This document shows, piece after piece, positions 15,001-30,000 of a stretch of DNA of 64,000 bases. Every line of letters starts with the position of its first letter. Within the stretch, counting starts at the first letter, position 1. The translations under genes and the position numbers were made by a program. The DNA is from Eledone cirrhosa (Eukaryota). Location of the stretch: the NCBI GenBank assembly GCA_964016885.1, contig OZ024740.1:59954001-60018000 (forward strand), written 5' to 3'. The notes below the pieces were generated by a model. The model was not told the DNA's origin and ran no database searches. It saw nothing but the letters and a program-made list of their open reading frames with translations.

Positions 15001-18000
15001 GATTGTGGGCTGGATGGTTTTACTTGTGACTCCTACAAGACCACTCAACAGTGGGCTGGGTGCTTATAGTTGTGACTCCTACAAGACCACTTTACAGTGT
15101 GGACTGGGTGCTTTTACTTGTTACTCCTACAAGACCACTCGACAGTGGGCTGGGTGCTTTTAGTTGTGACATCTACAAGACCACTTTACAGTGTAGTTTG
15201 GGTGCTTTTAGTTGTGACTCCTACAAGACCACTTTACAGTGTGGGGTGGATGCTTTTAGCTGTAACACCTACAAGACCACTTTACACTGTGGGTTGGATG
15301 CTTTTAGTTGTGAATACTACAAGACCACTTTACAGTGTGGGCTGGATGCTTTTAGTTGAGACACCTACAAGACCACTTTACAGTGTGGGCTGGATGCTTT
15401 TAGTTGTGACTCCTACATGAACACTTTACAGTGTGGGTTGGGTGCTTTCAGTTGTAACTCGTACAAGACCACTTAACAGAGTGCGTTGGGTGCTTTTAGT
15501 TGTGACACCTACATGACCACTTTACAGTGTGAGTTGGGTGCTTTTAGTTGTGACACCTACAAGACCACTTTACAGTGTGGGCTGGATGCTTTTAGTTGTG
15601 ACACCTACAAGACCACTTTACAGTGTGGGCTGGGTGCTTTTATTTGTGACACCTACAAGACCACTTTACAGTATGGGCTGGGTGCTTTTAGTTGTGACTC
15701 CTACAAGACCACTTTACAGTGTGGGCTGGGTGCTTTTAGTTGTGACTCCTACATGACCACTTTACAGTGTGGGTAGGGTGCTTCTAGTTGTGACATCTGC
15801 ATGACCACTTTACAGTGTGGGCTGGATGCTTTTAGTTGTGACATCTACATGACCACTTTACAGTGTGGGTTGGGTGCTTTTAGTTGTGACTCCTACATGA
15901 CCACTTTAGAATGTGGGCTGGGTGCTTTTAGTTGTGACTCATACAAGACCACTTTACATTGTGGGCTGGGTGCTTTTAGTTGTGACTCCTACATGACCAC
16001 TTTACAGTGTGTGCTGGGTGCTTTTAGTTGTGACTCCTACAAGACCACTTTACAGTGTGGGCTAGATGCTTTTAGTAGTGACTCCTACAAAACCACTTTA
16101 CAGTTGCAGCTGGGTGCTTTTAGTTGTGACTCCTACATGACCACTTTACAGTGTGTGCTGGGTGCTTTTAGTTGTGACTCCTACAAGACCACTTTACAGT
16201 GTGGGCTGTGTTCTTTTAGTTGTGACATCTGCATGACCACTTTACAGTGTGGGTTGGGTGCTTTTAGTTGTGACTCCTACATGACCACTTTACAGTGTGG
16301 GCTGGATGCTTTTAGTTGTGACTCGTACAAGACCACTTTACAGTGTGGGATTGGGTGCTTTTAGTTGTGTCACCTACAAGACCACTTTACAGTGTGGGCT
16401 GGATGCTTTTAGTTGTGACACCTACAAGACCACTTTACAGTGTGCGCTGGGTGCTTTTATTTGTGACACCTACAAGACCACTTTACACTGTGGGTTGGGT
16501 GCTTTTATTTGTGACTCCTACAAGACCACTTTACAGTGTGGGTTGGGTGCTTTTAGTTGTGACTCCTACAAGACCACTTTACAGTGTGGGCTGGGTGCTT
16601 TTAGTTGTGACTCCTACAAGACCACTTTACAGTGTGGGTTGGATGCTTTTAGTTGTGACTCCTACATGACCACTTTACAGTGTGGGCTGGATACTTTTAG
16701 TTGTGACTCGTATAAGACCACTTTACAGTGTGGGTTGGGTGCTTTTAGTTGTGACACCTACAAGACCACTTTACAGTGTGGGCTGGATGCTTTTAGTTGT
16801 GACACCTACAAGACCACTTTACAGTGTGGGCTGTGTGCTTTTATTTGTGACACCTACAAGACCACTTTACAGTGTGGGCTGGGTGATTTTATTTGTGATT
16901 CCTACAAGATCACTTTACAGTGTGGGCTGGGTGCTTTTAGTTGTGACTCCTACAAGACCACTTTACAGTGTGGGTAGGGTGCTTTTAGTTGTGACTCCTA
17001 CATGACCAGTTTACAGTGTGGGTAGGGTGCTTTTAGTTGTGGCATCTGCATGACCACTTTACAGTGTGGGCTCGATGATTTTAGTTGTGACATCAACATG
17101 ACCACTTTACAGTGTGGGTTGGGTGCTTTTAGTTGTGACTCCTACATGACCACTTTACAATGTGGGCTGGGTGCTTTTAGTTGTGACTCGTACAAGACCA
17201 CTTTACGGTGTGGGTTGGGTGCTTTTAGTTGTGACACCTACAAGACCACTTTACAGTGTGGGCTGGGTGCTTTTAGTTGTGACTCCTACATGATCAGTTT
17301 ACAGTGTGGGTAGGGTGCTTTTAGTTGTGACATCTGCATGACCACTTTACAGTGTGGGCTGGATGCTTTTAGTTGTGACACCTACAAGACCACTTTACAT
17401 TGTGGGCTGGGTGCTTTTAGTTGTGACTCCTACATGACCACTTTACAGTGTGTGCTGGGTGCTTTTAGTTGTGACTCCTACAAGACCACTTTACAGTGTG
17501 GGCTGGGTTCTTTTAGTTGTGACATCTGCATGACCACTTTACAGTGTGGGCTGGGTCGTTTTAGTTGTGACTCCTACAAGACCACTTTACAGTGTGGGCT
17601 GGGTTCTTTTAGTTGTGACATGTGCATGACCACTTTACAGTGTGGGTTGGGTGCTTTTAGTTGTGACTCCTACAAGACCACTTCACAGTGTGGGCTGGGT
17701 TCTTTTAGTTGTGACATCTGCATGACCACTTTACAGTGTGAGCTGGATGCTTTAATTGTGACTCCTACAAGACCACTTTACAGTGTGGGTTGGGTGCTTT
17801 TAGTTGTGACTCCTACAAGACCACTTTACAGTGTGGGTTTGGGAGCTTTTAGTTGTGACTCCTACAAGACCACTTTACAGTGTGGGCTGGGTGCTTTTAG
17901 TTGTGACTCCTACAAGACAACTTTAATGTGTGGGTTGGATGCTTTTAGTTGTGACTCCTACATGACCACTTTACAGTGTGGGCTGGATGCTTTTAGTTGT

Positions 18001-21000
18001 GACTCGTACAAGACCACTTTACAGTGTGGGTTGGGTGCTTTTAGTTGTGACACCTACAAGACCACTTTACAGTGTGGGCTGGATGCTTTTAGCTGTGACA
18101 CCTACCAGACCACTTTACAGTGTGGGCTGGGTGCTTTTATTTGTGACATCTACATGACCACTTTACAGTGTGGGTTGGGTGCTTTTAGTTGTGACTCCTA
18201 CATGACCACTTTACAATGTGGGCTGGGTGCTTTTAGTTGTGACTCCTACATGACCACTTTACAGTGTGTGCTGGGTGCTTTTATTTGTGACTCCTACAAG
18301 ACCACTTTACAGTGTGGGCTGGGTGCTTTTAGTTGTGACTCCTACAAGACCACTTTACAGTGTGGGTTGGGTGCTTTTAGTTGTGACATCTGCATGACCA
18401 CTTTACAGTGTGGGCTGCGTGCTTTTAGTTGTGACTCCTACAAGACCACTTTACAGTGTGGGTGCTTTTATTTGTGACTCCTACAGGACCACTTTACAGT
18501 GTGTGCTGGGTGCTTTTAGTTGTGACTCCTACAAGACCACTTTACAGTGTGGGCTGGGTGCTTTTAGTTGTGACTCCTACAAGACCACTTTACAGTGTGG
18601 GTTGGGTGCTTTTATTTGTGACACTTACATGACCACTTTACAGCATGTGCTGGATGCTTTTAGTTGTGACTCGTACAAGAACACTTTACAGTGTGAACTG
18701 GATGCTTTTATTTGTGATATCTACAAAACCACTTGACAGTGGGCTGGGTGCTTTTAGTTGTGACTCCTACAAGACCACTTTTCAGTTAGGTTGGATGCTT
18801 TTACTTGTGACTCCTACAAGACCACTCAACAGTGGGCTGGGTGCTTATAGTTGTGACTCCTACAAGACCACTTTACAGTGTGAGCTGGGTGCTTTTAGTT
18901 GTGACTCCTACAAGACCACTCGACACTGGGCTGGGTGCTTTTAGTTGTGACTTCTACAAGACCACTTTACAGTGTGGTTTGGGTGCTTTTAGTTGTGACT
19001 CCTACAAGACCACTTTACAGTGTGGGGTGGATGCTTTTAGTTGTAACACCTACAAGAACACTTTACAGTGTGGGTTGGATGCTTTTAGTTGTGACTACTA
19101 CAAGACCACTTTACAGTGTGGGCTGGATGCTTTTAGTTGTGACACCTACAAGACCACTTTACAGTGTGGGCTGGATGCTTTTAGTTGTGACTCCTACATG
19201 ACCACTTTACAGTGTGTGTTGGGTGCTTTTAGTTGTGACATCTGCATGACCACTTTACAGTGTGGGCTGGATGCTTTTAGTTGTGACATCTACATGACCA
19301 CTTTACAGTGTGGGTTGGGTGCTTTTAGTTGTGACTCCTACATGACCACTTTACAATGTGGGCTGGGTGCTTTTAGTTGTGACTCCTACATGACCACTTT
19401 ACAGTGTGTGCTGGGTGCTTTTAGTTGTGACTCCTACAAGACCACTATACAGTGTGGGCTGGGTTCTTTTAGTTGTGACTCCTACATGACCACTTTACAG
19501 TGTGTGCTGTGTGCTTTTAGTTGTGACTCCTACAAGACCACTTTACAGTGTGGGCTGGGTTCTTTTAGTTGTGACATCTGCATGACCACTTTACAGTGTG
19601 TGCTGCGTGCTTTTAGGTGTGACTCCTACAAGACCACTTTACAGTGTGGGTTGGGTGCTTTAATTTGTGACTCCTACAAGACCACTTTACAGTGTGGGCT
19701 GGGTGCTTTTAGTTGTGACTCCTACAAGAACACTTTACAGTGTGTGCTGGGTGCTTTTAGTTGTGACTCCTACAAGACCACTTTACAGTGTGGGTTGGGT
19801 GCTTTTATTTGTGACACTTACATGACCACTTTACAGTGTGGGCTGGATGCTTTTATTTGTGATACCTACAAGACCACTTGACAGTGGGCTAGGTGCTTTT
19901 AGTTGTGACTCCTACAAGACCACTTTACAGTGTGGGCTGGATGCTTTTAGTTGTGACTCCTACATGACCACTTTACAGTGTGGGCTGGATGCTTTTAGTT
20001 GTGACTCGTACAAGACCACTTTACAGTGTGGGATTGGGTGCTTTTAGTTGTGTCACCTACAAGACCACTTTACAGTGTGGGCTGGATGCTTTTAGTTGTG
20101 ACACCTACAAGACCACTTTACAGTGTGGGCTGGGTGCTTTTATTTGTGACACCTACAAGACCACTTTACAGTGTGGGTTGGGTGCTTTTATTTGTGACTC
20201 CTACAATACCACTTTCCAGTGTGGGCTGGGTGCTTTTAGTTGTGACTCCTACAAGACCACTTTACAGTGTGGGCTGAGTGCTTTTAGTTGTGACTCCTAC
20301 AAGACCACTTTACAGTGTGGGCTGGGTGCTTTTAGTTGGGACTCCTACAAGACCACTCAACAGTGGGCTCGGTGCTTTTAGTTGTGACTCCTACAAGACC
20401 ACTTTACAGTGTGGTTCTGGTGCTTTTAGTTGTGACACCTACAAGACCACTTTACAGTGTGGGGTGGATGCTTTTAGTTGTAACACCTACAAGACCACTT
20501 TACAGTGTGGGTTGGATGCTTTTAGTTGTGACTCCTACAAGACCACTTTACATTGTGGGCTGGATGATTTTAGTTGTGACATCTACAAGACCACTTTACA
20601 GTGTGGGCTGGATGCTTTTAGTTGTGACTCCTACATGACCACTTTACAGTGTGGGTTGGGTGCTTTTAGTTGTGATATCTTCATGACCACTTTACAGTGT
20701 GGGCTCGATGCTTTTAGTTGTGACTTCTTCATAACCACTTTACAGTGTGGGTTGGGTGCTTTTAGTTGTCACTCCTACATGACCACTTTACAATGTGGGC
20801 TGGGTGCTTTTAGTTGTGACTCGTACAAGACCACTTTACAGTGTGCATTGGGTGCTTTTAGTTGTGACACTTACATGACCACTTTACAGTGTGGGTTGGG
20901 TGCTTTTAGTTGTTACTCCTACATGACCACTTTACAGTGTGTGCTGGGTGCTTTTAGTTGTGACTCCTACAAGACCACTTTACAGTGTGGGTTGGGTGCT

Positions 21001-24000
21001 TTTAGTTGTGACACCTACAAGAACACTTTACAGTGTGGGTTGGGTGCTTTTAATTGTGACTCCTACAAGACCACTTTACAGTGTGGGCCGGGTGTTTTTA
21101 GTTGTGGCTATTACAAGACTAAATTACAGTGTGCGCTGGTTGGTGTTAGTTTTGACTCCTACAAGACCACTTTACAGTGTGGGCTGGATGATTTTAGTGG
21201 TGACTCCTACAAGACCACTTTACAGTGTGGGTTGGTTGCATTTAGTTGTGACTCCTACATGACCACTTTACTGTGTGGGTTGGGTGCTTTTAGTTGTGAC
21301 TCCTACATGACCACTTTACAGTGTGGTCTGGATGCTTTTAGTTGTGACTCCTACAAGACCACTTTACAGTGTGGGTTGGGTGCTTTTAGTTGTGACACCT
21401 ACAAGAACACTTTACAGTGTGGGTTGGGTGCTTTTAATTGTGACTCCTACAAGACCACTTTACAGTGTGGGCTGGGTGCTTTTAGTTGTGGCTATTACAT
21501 GACCACATTACAGTGTGGGTTGGTTGCTTTTAGTTGTGACTCCTACATGACCACTTTACAGTGTGGGCTGGATGCTTTTAGTTGTGACTCGTACAAGACC
21601 ACTTTAATGTGTGGGTTGGGTGCTTTTAGTTGTGACACGTACAAGACCACTTTACAGTGTGGGCTTGATGATTGTAGTTGTGATACCTACAAGACCACTT
21701 TACAATGTGGGCTGGGTGTTTTTATTTGTGACTCCTACAAGACCATTTTACAGTGGGCTCAGTGCTTTTAGTTGTGACTCCTACAAGACCACTTTACAGT
21801 GTGGGTTGGGTGCTTTTAGTTTTGACTCCTACAAGACCACTTTACAGTGTGGGCTGGGTGCTTTTAGTTGTGACTCCTACAAGACCACTTTACAGTGTGG
21901 GTTGGGTGCTTTTATTTGTGACACTTACATGACAACTGTACAGTGTGGGCTGGATGCTTTTGGTTGTGACTCCTACAAGACAACTCAACAGTGGCTGGGT
22001 GCTTTTAGTTGTGACTCCTACTAGACCACTTTACAGTGTGGGCTGTGTGCTTTTAGTTGTGACTCCTACAAGACCACTCAACAGTGGGCTGGGTGCTTTT
22101 AGTTGTGACTCCTACAAGACCACTTTACACTGTGGGTTGGGTGATTTTATTTGTGACACTTATATGACCACTTTACAGTGTGGGCTGGATGCTTTTAGTT
22201 GTGACTCCTACAAGATCACTTTACAGTGTGGGCTGGGTTCTTTTAGTTGTGACATCTGCATGACCACTTTACAGTGTGGGTTGGGTGCTTTTAGTTGTGA
22301 CTCCTACAAGACCACTTTACAGTGTGGGCTGGGTGCTTTTAGTTGTGACTCCTACATAACATTAAAGTGTGGGCTGGATGCTTTTAGTTGTGACTCGTAC
22401 AAGACCACTGTACAGTGTGGGTTGGGTGCTTTAAGTGTTGACACCTACAAGACCACTTTACAGTGTGGGCTGGATGATTTTAGTGGTGACTCCTACAAGA
22501 CCACTTTACAGTGTGGGTTGGTTGCTTTTAGTTGTGACTCCTACGTGACCACTTTACTGTGTGGGTTGGGTGCTTTTAGTTGTGACTCCTTTCATGACCA
22601 CTTTACAGTGTGTGCTGGATGCTTTTAGTTGTGACTCGTACAAGACCACTTTACAGTGTGGGATTGGGTGCTTTTAGTTGTGACACCTACAAGACCACTT
22701 TACAGTGTGTGTTGGGTGCTTTTATTTGTGACACTTACATGACCACTTTACAGTGTGGGCTGGATGCGTTTAGTTGTGACTCCTACAAGACCACTTTACA
22801 GTGTGGGCTGGGTGCTTTTAGTTGTGACTCCTACAAGACCACTCAACAGTGGGCTCGGTGCTTTAATTGTGACTCCTACAAGACCACTTTACAGTGTGGG
22901 CTGGGTGCTTTTAGTTGTGACTCCTACAAGACCACTCAACAGTGGGCTCGGTGTTTTAATTGTGACTCCTACAAGACCACTTTACAGTGTGGGTTGGGTG
23001 CTTTTAGTTGTGACACCTACAAGACCACTTTACATTGTGGGGTGGATGCTTTTAGTTGTAACACCTACAAGACCACTTTACAGTATGGGTTGGATGCTTT
23101 TAGTTGTGACTCCTACAAGATCACTTTACAGTGTGGGCTGGATGTTTTTAGTTGTGACTCCTACATGACCACTTTACAGTGTGGGTTGGGTGCTTTTAAT
23201 TGTGACATCTGCATGACCACTTTACAGTGTGGGCTCGATGCTTTTAGTTGTGACTTCTTCATGACCACTTTACAGTGTGGGTTGGGTGCTTTTAGTTGTC
23301 ACTCCTACATGACCACTTTACAATGTGGGCTGGATGCTTTTAGTTGTGACTCCTACAAGACCACTTTACAGTGTGGGCTGGGTGCTTTTAGTTGTGACTA
23401 CTACATGACCACTTTACAGTGTGTGCTGGTTGCTTTTAGTTGTGACTCTTACAAGACCACTTTACACTGTGGGTTGGTTGCTTTTAGTTGTGACTCGTAC
23501 AAGACCACTTTACAGTTTGCATTGGGTGCTTTTATTTGTGACACTTACATGACCACTTTACAGTGTGGGTTGTGTGCTTTTAGTTGTGACACCTACATGA
23601 CCTCTTTACAGTGTGGCCTGGATGCTTTTAGTTGTGACTCCTACAAGACCACTTTACAGTGTGGGCTGGGTGCTTTTAATTGTGACTCCTACATGACCAC
23701 TTTACAATGTGGGCTGGGTGCTTTTAGTTGTGACTCTTACAAGACCACTTTACACTGTGGGTTGGTTGCTTTTATTTGTGACTCCTACATGACCACTTTA
23801 CAGTGGGGGCTGGATGCTTTTAGTTGTGACTTGTACAAGACCACTTTAATGTGTGGGTTGGGTGCTTTTAGTTGTGACACGTACAAGACCACTTTACAGT
23901 GTGGGCTGGATGCTTTTAGTTGTGACACCTACAAGACCACTTTACAGTGTGGGCTGGGTGTTTTTATTTGTGACTCCTACAAGACCACTTTACAGTGTGG

Positions 24001-27000
24001 GTTGGGTGCTTTTAGTTGTGACTCCTACAAGACCACATTACAGTGTGGGCTGGGTGCTTTTAGTTGTGACTCCTACAAGACCACTTTACAGTGTGGGTTG
24101 GGTGATTTTATTTGTGAAACTTACATGACCACTTTACAGTGTGGGCTGGATGCTTTTAGTTGTGACTCATACAAGAACACTTTACAGTGTGGGCTGGATG
24201 CTTTTTGTTGTGACACCTACAAGACCACTCAACAGTGGGCTGGGTGCTTTTAGTTGTGACTCCTACAAGACCACTTTACCATGTGGGCTGGATGCTTTTA
24301 GTTGTGACTCCTACAAGACCACTTTACAGTGTGGGTTGGATGCCTTTATTTGTGACTCCTACAAGACCACTTTAGAGTGTGGGCTGGATGCTTTTGGTTG
24401 TGACTCCTACAAGACCACTCAACAGTGGGCTGGGTGCTTTTAGTTGTGACACCTACAAGACCACTCAACAGTGGTTTGGGTGCTTTTAGTTGTGACTCCT
24501 ACAAGACCACTTTAGAGTGTGGGCTGGATGCTTTTAGTTGTGACTCCTACAAGACCACTCAACAGTGGGCTGGGTGCTTTTAGTTGTGACTCCTACAAGA
24601 CCACTCAACAGTGGGCTCGGTGCTTTTAGTTGTGACTCCTACAAGACCACTTTACAGTGTGGGTTAGGTGCTTTTAGTTGTGACTCCTACAAGACCACTT
24701 TACAGTGTGGTTCGGGTGCTTTTAGTTGTCACTCCTACAAGACCACTTTACAGTGTGGGTTGGGTGCTTTTAGTTGTGACACCTACAAGACCACTTTACA
24801 GTGTGGGCTGGTTGCTTTTAGTTGTGACTCCTACAAGACCACTTTACAGTGTGGGTTGGGTGCTTTTAGTTGTGACACCTACATGACCACTTTACAATGT
24901 GAGCTGGGTGCTTTTAGTTGTGACTCCTAGATGACCACTTTACAGTGTGGGCTGGGTACTTTTAGTTGTGACTCCTACATGACCACTTTACAGTGTGGGT
25001 TGGGTGCTTTTAGTTGTGACATCTGCATGACCACTTTACAGTGTGGGGTCGATGCTTTTAGTTGTGACATCTACAAGACCACTTTACAGTGTGGGCTGGA
25101 TGCTTTTAGTTGTGACTCCTACATGACCACTTTACAGTGTGGGTTGGGTGCTTTTAGTTGTGACATCTGCATGACCACTTTACAGTGTGGGTTGGGTGCT
25201 TTTAGTTGTGACTCTTACAAGACCACTTTACAGTGTGGGCTGGGTGCTTTTAGTTTTGACTCCTACATAACATTAAAGTGTGGGCTGGATGCTTTTAGTT
25301 GTGACTCGTACAAGTCCACTTTACAGTGTGGGTTGGGTGCTTTAAATGTTGAAACCTACAAGACCACTTTACAGTGTGGGCTGGATGCTTTTAGTTTTGA
25401 CTCCTACATGACCACTTTACAGTGTCGGTTGGTTGCTTTTAGTTGTGACTCCTACATGACCACTTTACAGTGTGGGTTGGGTGCTTTTAGTTGTGACTCC
25501 TACATGACCACTTTACAGTGTGAGCTGGATGCTTTTAGTTGTGACTCGTACAAGACCACTTTACAGTGTGGGCTGGATACTTTTAGTTGTGACACCTACA
25601 AGACCACTTTACAGTGTGGGTTGGGTGCTTTTATTTGTGACACCTACAAGACCACTTTACAGTGTGGGTTGGGTGCTTTCATTTGTGACTCCTACAATAC
25701 CACTTTACAGTGTGGGCTGGGTGCTTTTAGTTGTGACTCCTACAAGACCACATTACAGTGTGGGCTGGGTGCTTTTAGTTGTGACTCCTACAAGACCACT
25801 CAACAGTGGGCTCGGTGCTTTTAGTTGTGACTCCTACAAGACCACTTTACAGTGTGGTTCGGGTGCTTTTAGTTGTCACTCCTACAAGACCACTTTACAG
25901 TGTGGGGTGGGTGCTTTTAGTTGTAACACCTACAAGACCACTTTACAGTGTGGCTTGGATGCTTTTAGTTGTGACTCCTACAAGACCACTTTACAGTGTG
26001 GGCTGGATGTTTTAGTTGTGACATCTACAAGACCACTTTACAGTGTGGGCTGGATGCTTTTAGTTGTGACTCCTACATGACCACTTTACAGTGTGGGTTG
26101 GGTGCTTTTAGTTGTGACATCTGCATGACCACTTTACAGTGTGGGCTGGGTGCTTTTACTTGTGACTTCTTCATGACCACTTTACAGTGTGGGTTGGGTG
26201 CTTTTAGTTGTCACACCTACATGACCACTTTACAATGTGGGCTGGGTGCTTTTAGTTGTGACTCGTACAAGACCACTTTACAGTGTGCATTGGGTGCTTT
26301 TAGTTGTGACACTTACATGACCACTTTACAGTGTGGGTTGGGTGCTTTTAGTTGTGACACCTACATGACCACTTTACAGTGTGGGCTGGATGTTTTAGTT
26401 GTGACTCCTACAAGACCACTTTACAGTGTGGGCTGGGTGCTTTTAGTTGTGACTTCTACCTGACCACTTTACAGTGTGTGCTGGGTGCTTTTAGTTGTGA
26501 CTCCTACATGACCAGTTTACAGTGTGGGCTGGATGCTTTTAGTTGTGACTCGTACAAGACCACTTTAATGTGTGGGTTGGTTGCTTTTAGTTGCGACACG
26601 TACAAGACCACTTTACAGTGTGGGCTGGATGCTTTTAGTTGTGACACCTACAAGACCACTTTACAGTGTGGGCTGGGTGTTTTTATTTGTGACTCCTACA
26701 AGACCACTTTACAGTGTGGGTTGGTTGCTTTTAGTTGTGACTCCTACAAGACCACTTTACAGTGTGGGCTGGGTGCTTTTAGTTGTGACTCCTACAAGAC
26801 AACTTTACAGTGTGGGTTGGGTGCTTTTATTTGTGACGCTTACATGACCACTTTACAGTGTGGGCTGGATGCTTTTAGTTGTGACTCATACAAGAACACT
26901 TTACAGTGTGGACTGGATGCTTTTATTTTTGATACCTACAAGACCACTCAACAGTGGGCTGGGTGCTTTTAGTTGTGACTCCTACAAGACCACTTTACAG

Positions 27001-30000
27001 TGTGGGCTGGATGCTTTTAGTTGTGACTCCTACAAGACCACTTTACAGTGTGGGTAGGATGCTTTTATTTGTGACTCCTACAAGACCACTTTAGAGTGTG
27101 GGCTGGATGCTTTTGGTTGTGACTCCTACAAGACCACTCAACAGTGGGCTGGGTGCTTTTAGTTGTGACTCCTACAAGACCACTTTACAGTGTGGTTTGG
27201 GTGCTTTTAGTTGTGACTCCTACAAGACCACTTTAGAGTGTGGGCTGGATGCTTTTAGTTGTGACTCCTACAAGACCACTCAACAGTGGGCTGGGTGCTT
27301 TTAGTTGTGACTCCTACTAGACCACTTTACAGTGTGGACTGAGTGCTTTTAGTTGTGACTCCTACAAGACCACTCAACAGTGAGCTGGGTGCTTTTAGTT
27401 GTGACTCCTACAAGACAACTTTACAGCGGGGTCTGGATGCTTTTAGTTGTGACTCCTACAAGACCTCTTTACAGTGTGGGCTGGATGCTTTTAGTTGTGA
27501 CTCCTACATAACATTAAATTGTGGGCTGGATGCTTTTAGTTGTGACTCGTACAAGACCACTTTACAGTGTGGGTTGGGTGCTTTAAGTGTTGACACCTAC
27601 AAGACCACTTTACAGTGTGGGCTGGATGCTTTTAGTTGTGACTCCTACAAGACCACTTTACAGTGTGGGTTGGTTGCTTTTAGTTGTGACTCCTACATGA
27701 CCACTTTACAGTGTGGGCTGGGTGCTTTTAGTTGTGACTCCTACAAGACCACTTTACAGTGTGGGCTGAGTGCTTTTAGTTGTGACTCCTACAAGACCAC
27801 TTTACAGTGTGTGTTGGGTGCTTTTATTTGTGACACTTACATGACCACTTTACAGTGTGGGCTGGATGCTTTTAGTTGTGACTCCTACAAGACCACTTTA
27901 CAGTGGGCTCGGTGCTTTTAGTTGTGACTCCTACAAGACCACTTTACAGTGTGGGCTGGATGCTTTTAGTTGTGACTCCTAGATGACCACTTTACAGTGT
28001 GGGTTGGGTGCTTTTAGTTGTGACATCTGCATGACCACGTTACAGTGTGGGCTCGATGCTTTTAGTTGTGACTCCTACAAGACCACTTTACAGTGTGGGT
28101 TGGGTGATTTTAGTTGTGACACCTACAAGACCACTTTACAGTGTGTGCTGGGTGCTTTTAGTTGTGACTCCTACAAGACTACTTTACAGTGTGGGTTGTG
28201 TGATTTTAGTTGTGACTCGTACAAGACCACTTTAATGTGTGGGTTGGGTGCTTTTAGTTGTGACACCTACAAGACCACTTTACAGTGTGGGTTGGGTGCT
28301 TTTATTTGTGACTCCTACAAGACCACTTCACAGTGTGGGTTGGGTGCTTTTAGTTGTGACTCCTACAAGACCACTTTACAGTGTGGGCTCGGTGCTTTTA
28401 GTTGTGACTCCTACAAGACCACTTTACAGTGTGGGTTGGGTGCTTTTATTTGTGACACTTACATGACCACTTTACAGTGTGGTCTGGGTGCTTTTAGTTG
28501 TGACTCCTACAAGACCACTGAACAGTGGGCTCGGTGCTTTTAGTTGTGACTCCTACAAGACCACTTTACAGTGTGGTTTGGGTGCTTTTAGTTGTCACTC
28601 CTACAAGACCACTTTACAGTGTGGGGTGGATGCTTTTAGTTGTAACACCTACAAGACCACTTTACAGTGTGGGTTGGATGCTTTTAGTTGTGACTCCTAC
28701 AAGACCACTTTACAGTGTGGGCTGGATGCTTTTAGTTGTGACATCTGCAAGACCACTTTACTGTGTGGGCTGGATGCTTTTAGTTGTGACTCCTACATGA
28801 CCACTTTACAGTGTGGGTTGGGTGCTTTTAGTTGTGACTCCTACATGAGCACTTTACAATGTGGGCTGGGTGCTTTTAGTTTTGACTCGTACAAGACGAC
28901 TTTACAGTGTGGGCTGGGTGCTTTTAGTTGTGACACCTACATGACCACTTTACAGTGTGGGCTGGGTGCTTTTAGATGTGACACCTACATGACCACTTTA
29001 CAGTGTGGGCTGGATGCTTTTAGTTGTGACTCCTACAAGACCACTTTACAGTGTGGGCTGGGTGCCTTTAGTTGTGATTCCTACATGACCACTTTACAGT
29101 GTGTGCTGGGTGCTTTTAGTTGTGATTTCTACAAGACCACTTTACAGTGTGGGTTGGGTGATTTTATTTGTGACACCTACAAGACCACTTTACAGTGTGT
29201 GCTGGGTGCTTTTAGTTGTGACTCCTACAAGACCACTTTACAGTGTGGGTTGGGTGCTTTTATTTGTGACTCCTACAAGACCACTTCACAGTGTGGGTTG
29301 GGTGCTTTTAGTTGTGACTCCTACAAGACCACTTTACAGTGTGGGCTGGGTGCTTTTAGTTGTGACTCCTACAAGACCACTTTACAGTGTGGGTTGGGTG
29401 CTTTTATTTGTGACACTTACATGACCACTTTACAGTGTGGGCTGGATGCTTTTAGTTGTGACTCATACAAGAACAATTTACAGTGTGGACTGGATGCTTT
29501 TATTTGTGATACCTACAAAACCACTTAACAGTGGGTTGGGTGCTTTTAGTTGTGACTCCTACAAGACCACTTTACAGTGTGGGCTGGATGCTTTTAGTTG
29601 TGACACCTACAAGACCACTCAACAGTGGGCTGGGTGCTTTTAGTTGTGACTCCTACAAGACCACTTTACAGTGTGGGTTGGATGCTTTTAGTTGTGACTC
29701 CTACAAGACCACTTTACAGTGTGGGTTGGATGCTTTTATTTGTGACTCCTACAAGCCCACTTTAGAGTGTGGGCTGGATGCTTTTGGTTGTGACTCCTAC
29801 AAGACCACTCAACAGTGGCTGGGTGCTTTTAGTTGTGACTCCTACTAGACCACTTTACAGTGTGGGCTGGGTGCTTTTAGTTGTGACTCCTACAAGACCA
29901 CTTTACAGTGTGGGTTGGATGCTTTTATTTGTGACTCCTACAAGACCACTTTAGAGTGTGGGCTGGATGCTTTTGGTTGTGACTCCTACAAGACCACTCA

